Assembly: GCA_013202185.1 (NCBI GenBank)
Contig: JABMSA010000270.1
Span: 1 to 49,483 of the forward strand
Length of the DNA: 49,483 nt
Direction of reading: 5' to 3'
Origin: Planctomycetota bacterium
GTDB taxonomy: Bacteria > Planctomycetota > PUPC01 > JABMSA01
In this document: positions 1 through 9,148 of the stretch, piece by piece
How the letters are laid out: every line of letters begins with the position of its first letter
How positions within the stretch are numbered: position 1 is the stretch's first letter
Notes under the pieces: model-generated
The model's input: only the letters and a program-made list of their open reading frames with translations
Databases searched by the model: none
What the model was told of the DNA's origin: nothing
Position numbers and translations under genes: made by a program

Positions 1-762
1 AACGTATGGTGCGCGGCCGGCAAGGGCACGTTCGGCACCGATGAGATTGTGGGCAGGATAGAAGCGACGGGGCTTGCGGGCGTGGTATCGCATCGCAGGC
101 TGATTGTGCCTCAGCTCGGCGCGCCCGGCGTTGCGGCGCACGATGTCAAGAAGCGAAGCGGCTTTCGCGTGGTCTATGGACCGGTGCGGGCCGCCGACCT
201 CCGCGCTTTCCTCGAGGCCGGAATGCGGGCCACGCCGGAGATGCGGCGGGTGCGTTTTGGCCTATGGGACAGGTTCGCAGTCATTCCGGTGGAATTGGTA
301 CAGGGATTTCGATATGCGATTGTGCTTGCGGTTTGCCTGTTCTTTCTCGGCGGGCTCAGCCGCAGCGGATACGACTGGGCGCTCGCGGCGTCGGACGGCC
401 TGCGGGCGGGGCTGCTGGTGCTTGTGTCATACATCGGAGGCGCCGCTCTTGCGCCGATGTTGCTTCCGTGGCTGCCCGGAAGGGCTTTCTCGGCGAAGGG
501 CGCGGCGGTCGGATTGCCGCTGGCGGCGTGCGTGGCTGCTCTTGCAGTGGTGCCGCTGGAGTCGCTCGGGGGGAAGATGGAGTTGGCCGGTTGGTTCCTG
601 CTGATGCCTGCCATCGCGGCGTTTTTCGCGATGAATTTCACGGGCGCGTCGACCTATGCCTCTCGCTCGGGAGTTGAAAAGGAGATGCGTTTCGCGGTTC
701 CGGCGCAGCTTGCAGTGGGCCTGATCGGCCTGGGATTGTGGCTTGCGGGCAGATTCGTTTGA
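1..762 (+). CDS. hgcA: Mercury methylation corrinoid protein HgcA (5' end truncated by window edge)
   Basis: Frame 1 is open from nt 1. Nt 1-39 translate to NVWCAAGKGTFGT, the diagnostic HgcA cap-helix motif N(V/I)WCA(A/G)GK. The rest (track ORF 49..762) is a hydrophobic multi-pass C-terminal domain, as in HgcA. An hgcB-like ferredoxin follows 54 nt downstream. Confidence 0.9.
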   Translation, partial: NVWCAAGKGTFGTDEIVGRIEATGLAGVVSHRRLIVPQLGAPGVAAHDVKKRSGFRVVYGPVRAADLRAFLEAGMRATPEMRRVRFGLWDRFAVIPVELVQGFRYAIVLAVCLFFLGGLSRSGYDWALAASDGLRAGLLVLVSYIGGAALAPMLLPWLPGRAFSAKGAAVGLPLAACVAALAVVPLESLGGKMELAGWFLLMPAIAAFFAMNFTGASTYASRSGVEKEMRFAVPAQLAVGLIGLGLWLAGRFV

Positions 763-816
763 GGCGCTTACTCCAGGTGGCCGCCGCGAATGCGCGCCCG
801 ATGACAAGAAAGGTCA

Positions 817-1110
817 ATGGCTATGGCTAAGTACCTTCCAAATGTCGTAACGCTGCAGCTCGACGCCGATGCGTGCGTTGGCTGCGAAATGTGCATCGTC
901 GTTTGTCCTCATTCCGTCTTCGCCGTCGAGGGGGGCAAGGCGCGCGTGATCGACCGAGACGCCTGCATGGAATGCGGAGCCTGCGCCGGAAACTGCCCGG
1001 TGGGCGCCATACGCGTGGACGCCGGCGTCGGATGCGCCATGGCGGTTGTTTCACGTTTTTTCGGCGCCAAGAATAATTGCTGCAGCGAAGAATCGGATTG
1101 CTGCGGATGA
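817..1110 (+). CDS. hgcB: Mercury methylation ferredoxin HgcB, 2x[4Fe-4S]
   Basis: 97 aa. Two CX2CX2CX3CP motifs (CVGCEMCIVVCP, CMECGACAGNCP) plus a Cys-rich tail (NNCCSEESDCCG). ATG at 817 is preceded by GAAAGG. It sits directly after hgcA. Confidence 0.85.
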   Translation: MAMAKYLPNVVTLQLDADACVGCEMCIVVCPHSVFAVEGGKARVIDRDACMECGACAGNCPVGAIRVDAGVGCAMAVVSRFFGAKNNCCSEESDCCG

Positions 1111-1167
1111 CCTTCGTGTCGTGTACTCGCACCTGCCAGTTGAATTGCCCCAAACCGGCATTCCCTC

Positions 1168-1195
1168 TTGATTCAGCCGCCAACACGCCTATACT
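1168..1195 (+). promoter_or_regulatory. Candidate sigma70-type promoter for the M16 peptidase gene
   Basis: TTGATT (1168-1173), 16-nt spacer, TATACT (1190-1195), about 70 nt upstream of the GTG at 1267. Motif match only. Confidence 0.3.
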
Positions 1196-1266
1196 TATGC
1201 TGCTATGCGGCACGACTCGTGCCCAGTATTCGTCCGCTTTTTCCATGACACGAAGGAAATCATCCA

Positions 1267-3834
1267 GTGACGCAACCAGTGGTTGAAACAATCCTCGACA
1301 ACGGCCTGAAGGTGCTCACCTGCGAAGATCACGATGTGCCGGTGGTGTCGTTTTGGGTGTGGTATCGCGTGGGATCGCGCAACGAACGCCCCGGTATCAC
1401 GGGCGCCTCGCATCTTGTCGAGCACATGCTTTTCAAGTCGGGCAGGGGCGACACCAACAACGACATTTTCAGGAAGGTTGCGCGGGTGGGCGGCATCAAC
1501 AACGCGTTCACGTCGCGCGATTTCACCGCGTATTTCGAGACACTGCCGTCGCGACATCTCGACCTGGCGCTGCGCATCGAGCGCAAGAGGCTGGAGTACC
1601 CGATCAGCAAGGCCGATTTCGAGTCCGAGCGAACGGTGGTGCTGTCGGAGAAAGACGGCTCCGAGAACCACCCGCATACGCTGCTCCGCAAGGCGCTCGA
1701 TGCGAAAGCTTTTCGCAAGCATCCTTACGGGCGGCCGATCATCGGCACGCGGAAGGACCTGACAACCCTAACGAGCGCCGACCTGCGCAAGTATTTCAGG
1801 CGGCATTACAGGCCCAACTGCACGGTGATCGTGGCCGTGGGCGATTTCGACACGGCAAAGCTGCTGCGAAGGCTCGAGAAGCAGTGGGGTAATCTGCGGG
1901 GCGGCGCCCGGCCGGGCAAGGTGGTCGCCGAGCCCGGACAGCGAAAGGAGCGGCGTGTGACTGTGAGGCGGCGCGGCGGCGCGGCTTACATCGAGGTGCT
2001 GTGCAAGGGGCCGGGCGGCGACAGCCCCGACGCTTTTCCCCTGCTCGTGGCCGATGCACTCCTGGGCGGATCGAAGTCTTACATCGGCGACAACGCCACC
2101 GGCTACCGTACGTCGAGGCTCTACAAGGCGCTCGTCACTACCGGCCTTGCATCGAGCGCTCACTCGTCGTTCCATCCGTCAATCGATTCTTTTGGCGTGT
2201 CTGTTGGTGCAACTGCAATCGACGCGGGGCGGCAGGCGAAGCTCGAGCGCACCGTGCTGCGTGAGCTGGAGCGCCTGGCAGGCAAGCGCCCGGCTGATGA
2301 GGAAGTGCAAACGGCCGTCACGCAGCTCCTCGCGTCGCACGCGTACGCAAGCGAAAGCGTAACTCACAGGGCGATGATGCTCGGCTACGCGGAGATTGTC
2401 CACACTCACAAGCTCCTCGACGACTACGCCGACAATATCCGCGCCGTGACCGGGGCCGACGTGCAGCGGGCGGCGGAACGCTACCTGTTGCCGAGCAACC
2501 GGACGATCGGCTGGTTCATCCCCACCGAGCCGTCGTACGCGCCGGAGGCGCCGGTGGAGGCGGGCCCGGAGGTTTTCGCCGTCACCGGATTCAAGGCCGC
2601 GGCGAGGGTTGTTACCGAGAACGGTGCAGCCGTCCTCGCGGCGCGGAACTCCGCGTCGCACAGCGTTATCGTTTACGGCTCGATGCCGGGCGGCCCGGTG
2701 TATGACACGGAGCGCAAGGCGGGGCTTGCCGGCCTCACGGCCACCGCCACGATGCGCGGCACAAAGAAGAGATCGTACGAGGAGATTTTCGGCCTGGTGG
2801 ATTCCGTGGGCGCGTCTCTCTCCGTTTCGGCGAGCCTGCACAACGTGAGCTTTCACTTGAAGTGCCTGGCAGACCACTGGCCGGCGCTCCTCGAGCTTAT
2901 GCTCGAGGTGCTGCGGCAGCCGAGCTTCCCGCCCGAGCACGTGGAGCTGATCCGGAATCAGTATCTCACCTATCTCAGCCAGGTGGCAGACTCGCCGCAG
3001 CACGTGGCGGGCCGCGAACTCAATCATTTGATCTATCCGCCGGGTCACCCTTACCATCACTATCCCAACGGGTATTCGCAAAGTGTCGGGGGCCTCACGT
3101 GCGACGACCTGCGGAGGTTCCACTCGAGGCATTATTCACCCAACGGCTCAATCTTCTGCGTGGTGGGCGACGTGGAGGCGGACGCGGCAGCCCGCAATAC
3201 GGCGCGCCTCATCGAAAAGTGGCGCAAGAAACGCAAAACACCAATGCTCGATCTCACAGCCCAGCGACGCTCCGCCCCGCAGAAAAAAGTAGTGATAATG
3301 AAGGAGAAGCCGCAGGCCGAGATCGCGCTCGGCTTCAAGGCGCCGGCGAGAACTCACCCCGATTTCACATCGCTGCAGCACCTGACGCACATCATAGGCG
3401 GCCTCGGGCTGATGGGCCGCCTTGGACGCAACATCCGCGAAGAACAGGGAATGGCCTACTACGTTTATGCTTCCTATTCGCCGTCGATGGGCGAATGCCC
3501 GTGGTCGATCCACGCCGGCGTGAATCCGAAGAACATCGACAGAACCATCGAGAGCATCCTCGACGAGCTGCACAAAATCCGCAGCCGGAAGGTAACGGCC
3601 GGCGAGCTGAACGACAGCAAGGGCTTCCTCACCGGCATACTTCCTCTGAAGCTCGAGACGAACGAGGGCCGCGCCGCAGCGATGCACGCCATCGAGTATT
3701 ACGGCCTGGGCGACGATTACCTCGACCGATACGAGCAGATCATAAGGTCGGTGACGGCCGGCGATATTCTCGAGGCGGCGAAGAGCCACATTGATATCGA
3801 CGGCTATTCGGCGGTCGTGGTACGGCCGGAGTGA
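1267..3834 (+). CDS. Tandem M16 (pitrilysin/insulinase) family zinc peptidase, two M16 halves fused
   Basis: 855 aa. The HXXEH inverted zinc motif (HLVEHMLF) lies near the N-terminus. The second half repeats the M16 fold without an obvious HXXEH. GTG start is preceded by AAGGAA. Confidence 0.85.
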   Translation: MTQPVVETILDNGLKVLTCEDHDVPVVSFWVWYRVGSRNERPGITGASHLVEHMLFKSGRGDTNNDIFRKVARVGGINNAFTSRDFTAYFETLPSRHLDLALRIERKRLEYPISKADFESERTVVLSEKDGSENHPHTLLRKALDAKAFRKHPYGRPIIGTRKDLTTLTSADLRKYFRRHYRPNCTVIVAVGDFDTAKLLRRLEKQWGNLRGGARPGKVVAEPGQRKERRVTVRRRGGAAYIEVLCKGPGGDSPDAFPLLVADALLGGSKSYIGDNATGYRTSRLYKALVTTGLASSAHSSFHPSIDSFGVSVGATAIDAGRQAKLERTVLRELERLAGKRPADEEVQTAVTQLLASHAYASESVTHRAMMLGYAEIVHTHKLLDDYADNIRAVTGADVQRAAERYLLPSNRTIGWFIPTEPSYAPEAPVEAGPEVFAVTGFKAAARVVTENGAAVLAARNSASHSVIVYGSMPGGPVYDTERKAGLAGLTATATMRGTKKRSYEEIFGLVDSVGASLSVSASLHNVSFHLKCLADHWPALLELMLEVLRQPSFPPEHVELIRNQYLTYLSQVADSPQHVAGRELNHLIYPPGHPYHHYPNGYSQSVGGLTCDDLRRFHSRHYSPNGSIFCVVGDVEADAAARNTARLIEKWRKKRKTPMLDLTAQRRSAPQKKVVIMKEKPQAEIALGFKAPARTHPDFTSLQHLTHIIGGLGLMGRLGRNIREEQGMAYYVYASYSPSMGECPWSIHAGVNPKNIDRTIESILDELHKIRSRKVTAGELNDSKGFLTGILPLKLETNEGRAAAMHAIEYYGLGDDYLDRYEQIIRSVTAGDILEAAKSHIDIDGYSAVVVRPE

Positions 3835-3856
3835 CGGAAGACGCGTGCAGGCAAAT

Positions 3857-3876
3857 GCAGCGCCGCCGGCCGCTGC
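3857..3876. terminator. Weak GC hairpin between convergent genes (possible terminator)
   Basis: GCAGCG (3857-3862) pairs with CGCTGC (3871-3876) around an 8-nt loop. On the + strand it is followed by GCCGTTCTTATT. It lies between the M16 stop (3834) and the FDH stop (3884). Confidence 0.25.
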
Positions 3877-3883
3877 GCCGTTC

Positions 3884-6580
3884 TTATTCGGCCTTGCTTA
3901 TCCGGGCGGCGCAGATTTTGTATTCCGGGATTTTCGACACGGGATCGAGCGCGTCGTTTGTGAGCCGATTGGCGGCCGCCTCGACGAAATGGAAGGGAAT
4001 GTAAAGGAGGCCCTGGCTGACGGTATCGGTGACTGTGGCGTGGGTGTCGATTGTTCCTCGCCTGGTTTCGACACGCACCTTGTCGCCTGTCCTCACGTCG
4101 ATCCTCTCGGCGTCGGCCGGATTCACCTCGACCTCACCGCGGGGCGCGATTCCGTCGAGCACGGTGCACCTGCGGGTCATGCTGCCCGAGTGAAAATGCT
4201 CGAGCATGCGCCCGGTGCTCAGGCACATTGGGTATTCGCTGTCGGGCTCCTCGGCCGACGGTTTGTATTGCAGCGGCGTGAGCAGCCCCTTGCCGCGCAC
4301 GAACTTGTCGACGTGGAGGATCGGCGTGCCGGGGTGGTCTTCGGTGGGGCACGGCCAGCGGAGGCCGTTTGGCTCGAGCCGCTCGTAGGTCATTCCGTGA
4401 TACGACGGTGTGAGGCGCTTGATTTCATCGAAGAGCGCCGCAGGCGTGCGCGGAAACGTTTCGTGTCCGAGCCGCGCGGCGATATCGGCGATGATTTCGT
4501 AGTCCTGCCGGGTGCCCTTGGGCGGGGTGAGCGCCGCCCGGCCTACCTGCACCCGCCGCTCGGTGTTCGTGTATGTGCCGGTCTTTTCGGCAAATGCAGC
4601 CGCCGGCAGAACGACGTCGGCCATTTGGGCGGTTTCGGTCAGGAAGATGTCTTGCACTATCAGGAGGTCGAGTTTTTTTAGTTGCTTTTCGACGTGGTTG
4701 AGGTTGGCGTCGGACATCATGGGGTTTTCGCCCATGACGTATAGTGCCTTGATGTCGTCGCCGCAGGCCTCGATCATCGTGGTTACGGTGTGGCCGATTT
4801 CGGTGTGCATCTGATCGGCGTCGATGCCCCAGTGCTCGGCGAATTTGTTCCGGATGGTTTCGTCGGTTACCTTCTGGTATCCGCTGAAGACGTTGGGCAG
4901 TGCGCCCATGTCGCAGGCTCCCTGGACGTTTGACTGCCCGCGCAGCGGATTAACGCCCCCGCCTTCCACGCCGAGGTTGCCCGTGATCATCGCCAGGTTG
5001 GCGCAGGCCTTCACGTTGTCGGTGCCGTGTGTGTGCTGGGTGATGCCCATGCTGAAATATAATGCGCCGACGCCGCCCGTGGCGTAAAGCTTTGCGATGC
5101 TGTGGAGATCGTCTTTCGAAATGCCGCTCAGCTCTTCCACCTTTTCGGGCGTGAAGAACTCGAGGCTCGCGCGGTACTCGCCCCAGCCTTCGCAGCGTTC
5201 GTCGATGTAGGCTTGGTTGTGCCAGCCTTCGTTTATGATGATTCGCTGCACGCCCATCAGCCACGCAACGTCGGATCCGTTCCTCTGCCGCAGGTGGAGG
5301 TGGGCTATCTTGGCGAGGTCGGTTTTGCGGGGGTCGACTACGATGAGCCTGACGCCGTGCTGTTTGACCGCGTGCTTTATCATTCCGCCGAAGACCGGAT
5401 GGCACCAGGTGGTGTTGCTGCCGGTTACGAGTATGACGTCGGACTTTTGCGCTTCCTGCATGCTGTTGGTCATGGCGCCTGAGCCGAGCGTTGTGGCGAG
5501 GCCGGCGACCGTTGAGCTGTGGCACAGGCGTGCGCAGTGGTCCACATTGTTCGTGCCGATCACGGCCCGTGCGAAGCGCATCATAGCGAAGTTTTCTTCG
5601 TTTGTGGTCTTGGCCGAGCTGAAGCATCCGACGGCTCCGGGGCCGTGCTCTTGCTTTACCTGCTGCAGGCGGGCCGCCGCGAACTCGAGAGCTTCATCCC
5701 AGGTTGCTTCTTCGAGCTTGCCGTTTTTGCGGATCATCGGCGTGGTGAGGCGGTCGGGCCGGTTGAGGTAGTCCAGGCCGAAGCGCCCTTTCACGCAAAG
5801 CATTCCTTTGTTTGGAAGGTTGTCGCAGTTTTCCTCGACGGCCGTGGCCCAGAGGTACTCGTTGTCTCTTACGGCGATCTCCATCACGCAGCCGACTCCG
5901 CAGTATGGGCAAATCACCCTCTTTTTTTCGACCTCCCAGTTGCGTGCTTTGCCTTTGGATGTCTTGAAGGTGAGCGCCCCAACGGGGCAAACCTGCACGC
6001 ATTCGCCGCATTGCACGCAGGATGAATCGCCCATCGGCTTGTTGTTGTCGCACACGATGCGCACGTCGTCGCCCCGCCATCCGAAATCGAGCACCTCGTG
6101 CATTACGTTGTTGTTGCACGAGGCAACGCAGCGTCCGCAGAGAATACACTTGTCGAGATCGCGAACGATTCCTTCGGCGGAGAGGTCGGGCTGGAGGTCG
6201 GTGGTTTCCATGAGGAACTTGGGTTTCTCGATGCCGAGCTTGTAGGCCATGTCCTGCAATTCGCAATCGCCGTTAGATTCGCAGGCGAGGCAGTTGTGCT
6301 TGCCGCCCGCGAGCAGCAGCTCGACGACCGTCCGGCGGGTGTTCATCACGGCGGGTGTATCGGTTCTGATGACCATGGCGTGCTGCACTTCGAGCACGCA
6401 CGCTGCCTTGAGGCCGCGAATTCCTTCGGCTTCGACTACGCATGCCCGGCATCGGCCGGCGCGGCCGGTGCGCGCGTGGTAGCAGAGCGTTGGGATGTAA
6501 ATGCCGTTGGCGCGGGCGACGTCGAGAACGGTTTGCCCGGGCTGGGCATCGTAGTCCGTTCCATCGATATTGATCTTCAC
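3884..6580 (-). CDS. fdhA: Formate dehydrogenase catalytic subunit (molybdopterin, NuoG-like N-terminus), Cys-type
   Basis: - N-terminal 2Fe-2S region (CYHARTGRAGRCRAC).
- HX3CX2CX5C motif (HNCLACESNGDC).
- Two 4Fe-4S motifs (CILCGRCVASC, CVQCGECVQVCP).
- Molybdopterin 4Fe-4S motif (ICPYCGVGC).
- Active-site DHCARLCHSS has Cys where Sec-type enzymes have U.
- The track ORF runs to 6658 (GTG). The GTG at 6580 (VKINIDG) follows AGGAAAGG and avoids overlap with the upstream gene, so I prefer it. Confidence 0.85.
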   Translation of the reverse strand: MKINIDGTDYDAQPGQTVLDVARANGIYIPTLCYHARTGRAGRCRACVVEAEGIRGLKAACVLEVQHAMVIRTDTPAVMNTRRTVVELLLAGGKHNCLACESNGDCELQDMAYKLGIEKPKFLMETTDLQPDLSAEGIVRDLDKCILCGRCVASCNNNVMHEVLDFGWRGDDVRIVCDNNKPMGDSSCVQCGECVQVCPVGALTFKTSKGKARNWEVEKKRVICPYCGVGCVMEIAVRDNEYLWATAVEENCDNLPNKGMLCVKGRFGLDYLNRPDRLTTPMIRKNGKLEEATWDEALEFAAARLQQVKQEHGPGAVGCFSSAKTTNEENFAMMRFARAVIGTNNVDHCARLCHSSTVAGLATTLGSGAMTNSMQEAQKSDVILVTGSNTTWCHPVFGGMIKHAVKQHGVRLIVVDPRKTDLAKIAHLHLRQRNGSDVAWLMGVQRIIINEGWHNQAYIDERCEGWGEYRASLEFFTPEKVEELSGISKDDLHSIAKLYATGGVGALYFSMGITQHTHGTDNVKACANLAMITGNLGVEGGGVNPLRGQSNVQGACDMGALPNVFSGYQKVTDETIRNKFAEHWGIDADQMHTEIGHTVTTMIEACGDDIKALYVMGENPMMSDANLNHVEKQLKKLDLLIVQDIFLTETAQMADVVLPAAAFAEKTGTYTNTERRVQVGRAALTPPKGTRQDYEIIADIAARLGHETFPRTPAALFDEIKRLTPSYHGMTYERLEPNGLRWPCPTEDHPGTPILHVDKFVRGKGLLTPLQYKPSAEEPDSEYPMCLSTGRMLEHFHSGSMTRRCTVLDGIAPRGEVEVNPADAERIDVRTGDKVRVETRRGTIDTHATVTDTVSQGLLYIPFHFVEAAANRLTNDALDPVSKIPEYKICAARISKAE

Positions 6581-6603
6581 ATCAGGGCCTTTCCTGCGTA
6601 GAC

Positions 6604-8418
6604 TTATCGGGCGCCGGCGCACTCGGCGGCCGCCCGGATAATCGCGCCGGTATTGCACTTTTCAATGCACGTTCCGCATTGGATGCAGTCTTCCTGGCGG
6701 ATGGTATGCGGTTCCTTTTTCTCGCCTTCTATGCACTCGGCGGGGCAGGCCTTTGCGCATGCAGTGCAGCCGATGCATTTTTCGGCGACGATGCGATAGA
6801 TCATCTTGCCGCCGTATGCGAGGTCGTCGTATTCTTTGCGGTACCATCTGAGCGTCGAGAGTATGGGGTTTGGTGCGGTTTTGCCGAGCCCGCAGAGCGA
6901 GCCGTCCTTCACGCACTGCCCGAGCGTTTGGAGTTCGTCGATGTCTTCCGGGCCGCCGGCGCCGGCGAGGAGCTTGTCGAGCAGTTGGAGCAGGCGCTTT
7001 GTGCCGAGCCGGCAGAGCGTGCACTTGCCGCAGGATTCATCGCAGGTGAATTGGAGGTAGAATCGGGCGATGCCGATCATCGAGGTGTCTTCGTCCATGA
7101 CGATCATGCCGCCTGAGCCCATCATCGATCCGAGCTCGATGAGGTTGTCGTAGTCGATTGGCGTATCGAACTTTTCGGATGGAATGCAGCCTCCGGAGGG
7201 GCCGCCGGTCTGCACGGCTTTCACGGGCTTGCCGCTGCGTGAGCCGCCGCCGAGATCATGGATTATCTCGTTGAGCGTGGTGCCCATCGGCACTTCGACC
7301 AGCCCAACGTTCTTGACGTTTCCGGCCAGTGCAAAGACCTTCGTGCCGGGGCTGTTTTCTGTGCCGATGGATCGGAACCAGTCGCTACCCTTTTCGAGGA
7401 TCGGGACAATATTCGCAAAGGTTTCGACGTTGTTGACGACCGTGGGCTTGCCCCAGAGCCCGGCCTGTGCCGGGAATGGCGGCTTGACGGTTGGCTGGCC
7501 TCTTGATCCTTCGATGGAGCGCAGCAGGGCGGTTTCTTCGCCGCACACAAACGCACCTGCTCCAAACTTCATCTTGAGATCGAATGAGAAATCGCTGCCG
7601 AGAATGTTGGCGCCCAGCAGGCCGTGTTGGCGGGCGCGCTCGACGGCGACGCGCAGGTGGTGGATGGCCAGCGGGTATTCTGCCCGCACATAAATGAAGC
7701 CCTTGTTCGCGCCGACGGCGTAACCGGCTATGGCCATTGCCTCGATCACGGAGTATGGATCGCCTTCGAGGATGGATCGATCCATGAACGCGCCGGGGTC
7801 GCCTTCGTCGGCGTTGCACACTATGTATTTTGGCGAGCCCTCGGCTTTGCGTGCGGCCGCCCACTTGATGCCGGTAGGAAATCCTCCGCCTCCGCGCCCG
7901 CGCAGGCCCGAGGCCTTGACGGTTTCGATTATGTCTTCGGGGGGCTTGTCGAAGATCGCCGACGCGAGTTGCCGGTATCCGCCGGTTCTGATGTATTCGT
8001 CGATCTGTTCGGGATCGATCCGGCCGCAGTTGCGGAGGGCTATTCGCTCTTGCTTTGCGTATATGCCCATGCCGAGCGTGTATGGATGGGGAATCTTGGC
8101 GTTGGTGGCTACGGCCTCGATGATCTCGCGTGCGCGCCCGGGGTCTACGTCGCCGATTGTGACGCGCGGATGGCCGGGCTCTTCCACCTCGACGAGCGGC
8201 TCGGCGTGGCACAGCCCTACGCAGCCGGTCTTGACGATGCTCACGTTGTCCAGCCCGTGCTGCTGGGCTGCGTCGATGAGCGCCCGATATACTTCTTCGG
8301 CGCCGGACGCCCGCCCGCAGGTTGACATTCCGATGAGGATTTTCGTTGGCGCCGGCTCGCCGCCGCGCAGGTTGCCTGCATAAGCTTCAAGGTCCTGTCG
8401 CGAGGTGAATTTGATCAT
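6604..8418 (-). CDS. NuoF/HydB-like NAD(P)H-binding flavoprotein subunit with extra Fe-S domains
   Basis: - GRGGGGFPTGIKW FMN/NADH site.
- SCGKCTLCR 4Fe-4S motif.
- N-terminal thioredoxin-like 2Fe-2S region.
- C-terminal CIGCTACAKACP and CIQCGTCIEKCN.
- The track ORF starts at TTG 8478. The ATG at 8418 has a GGAG 8 nt upstream and is preferred. Confidence 0.85.
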   Translation of the reverse strand: MIKFTSRQDLEAYAGNLRGGEPAPTKILIGMSTCGRASGAEEVYRALIDAAQQHGLDNVSIVKTGCVGLCHAEPLVEVEEPGHPRVTIGDVDPGRAREIIEAVATNAKIPHPYTLGMGIYAKQERIALRNCGRIDPEQIDEYIRTGGYRQLASAIFDKPPEDIIETVKASGLRGRGGGGFPTGIKWAAARKAEGSPKYIVCNADEGDPGAFMDRSILEGDPYSVIEAMAIAGYAVGANKGFIYVRAEYPLAIHHLRVAVERARQHGLLGANILGSDFSFDLKMKFGAGAFVCGEETALLRSIEGSRGQPTVKPPFPAQAGLWGKPTVVNNVETFANIVPILEKGSDWFRSIGTENSPGTKVFALAGNVKNVGLVEVPMGTTLNEIIHDLGGGSRSGKPVKAVQTGGPSGGCIPSEKFDTPIDYDNLIELGSMMGSGGMIVMDEDTSMIGIARFYLQFTCDESCGKCTLCRLGTKRLLQLLDKLLAGAGGPEDIDELQTLGQCVKDGSLCGLGKTAPNPILSTLRWYRKEYDDLAYGGKMIYRIVAEKCIGCTACAKACPAECIEGEKKEPHTIRQEDCIQCGTCIEKCNTGAIIRAAAECAGAR

Positions 8419-8461
8419 CGAAAGGTCTCCGGCGCTTCCGTTGTGGAAGTCCGAAAAATGG

Positions 8462-8962
8462 TCAGTTGTATTCAGCAATGATTTCGGCGGCTTGCTCGGG
8501 TGTGACCCTGCCGTATGTTTTGCCGTCGACTATCACGACCGGTGCGAGGCTGCACGCGCCCACGCAGCGAAGCGTTCCGAGGGAAAAGTTTTTGTCGGGC
8601 GTCACTTCTCCCATCTTTATGCCGAGGGTATCTTCGAACTGTTCTATTATCTTCTCGGCCCCTCGAACAAAGCAGGCCGTGCCCAGGCAGCAGTTGATCT
8701 GATGTTTGCCTCGCGGCTCGGCGGTGAAGTAATGATAGAATGATATTACGCCAAACACGCGGCCGAGCGGGAGCCTCAGTTTTTCGGCCACGAATTCCTG
8801 GACGTCCTCCGGCAGGTAGCCGAAGATTTCCTGTGCTTCGTGGAGCACCTCGATGAGCGCGGCTTGGCGTTCGTCGGGCTCGTGACCGAGCCCGAGGCCG
8901 TCGATGAATTCGGCGAGCCTTGCAAACTGTGCGGTTTCGGGTTCCGCTGTCTGCGGGTTCAT
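8462..8962 (-). CDS. NuoE/HydC-like [2Fe-2S] subunit
   Basis: CCLGTACFVRG ... LRCVGACSLAPVV matches the NuoE-type 2Fe-2S pattern. The track ORF starts at GTG 8992. The ATG at 8962 (MNPQTAEPE) has AGGA upstream. Either start is possible. Confidence 0.8.
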   Translation of the reverse strand: MNPQTAEPETAQFARLAEFIDGLGLGHEPDERQAALIEVLHEAQEIFGYLPEDVQEFVAEKLRLPLGRVFGVISFYHYFTAEPRGKHQINCCLGTACFVRGAEKIIEQFEDTLGIKMGEVTPDKNFSLGTLRCVGACSLAPVVIVDGKTYGRVTPEQAAEIIAEYN

Positions 8963-9033
8963 AGCTGAGTTGTCCTTTGTTATCGGGCGCACAATGCGCG
9001 AGCGCGAAGAGCTGTTGCGCCGCAGAAGTTCAT

Positions 9034-9063
9034 ATTATAGTGCCTGCAAGGGCAAAGAATCAA
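9034..9063 (-). promoter_or_regulatory. Candidate sigma70 promoter for the nuoE-like / nuoF-like / fdhA operon
   Basis: On the minus strand: TTGATT (9063-9058), 18-nt spacer, TATAAT (9039-9034), in an AT-richer island. An 8-bp inverted repeat GGCAAAGA/TCTTTGCC (9051-9058 / 9070-9077) overlaps the -35. Confidence 0.4.
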
Positions 9064-9148
9064 GTGTACTCTTTGCCGGCAGTGTGTGCAGGCGTCATGG
9101 CCACGGGCTTCAGCCCCTGGCGCCCGATTCTTCGCTTGCGCCGGCGGC

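Noticed and set aside
3884-6580. Selenocysteine-containing formate dehydrogenase
   Set aside because: The reading frame has no internal TGA, and the active-site position is encoded as Cys (DHCARLCHSS). A SECIS element is not needed to explain the ORF.
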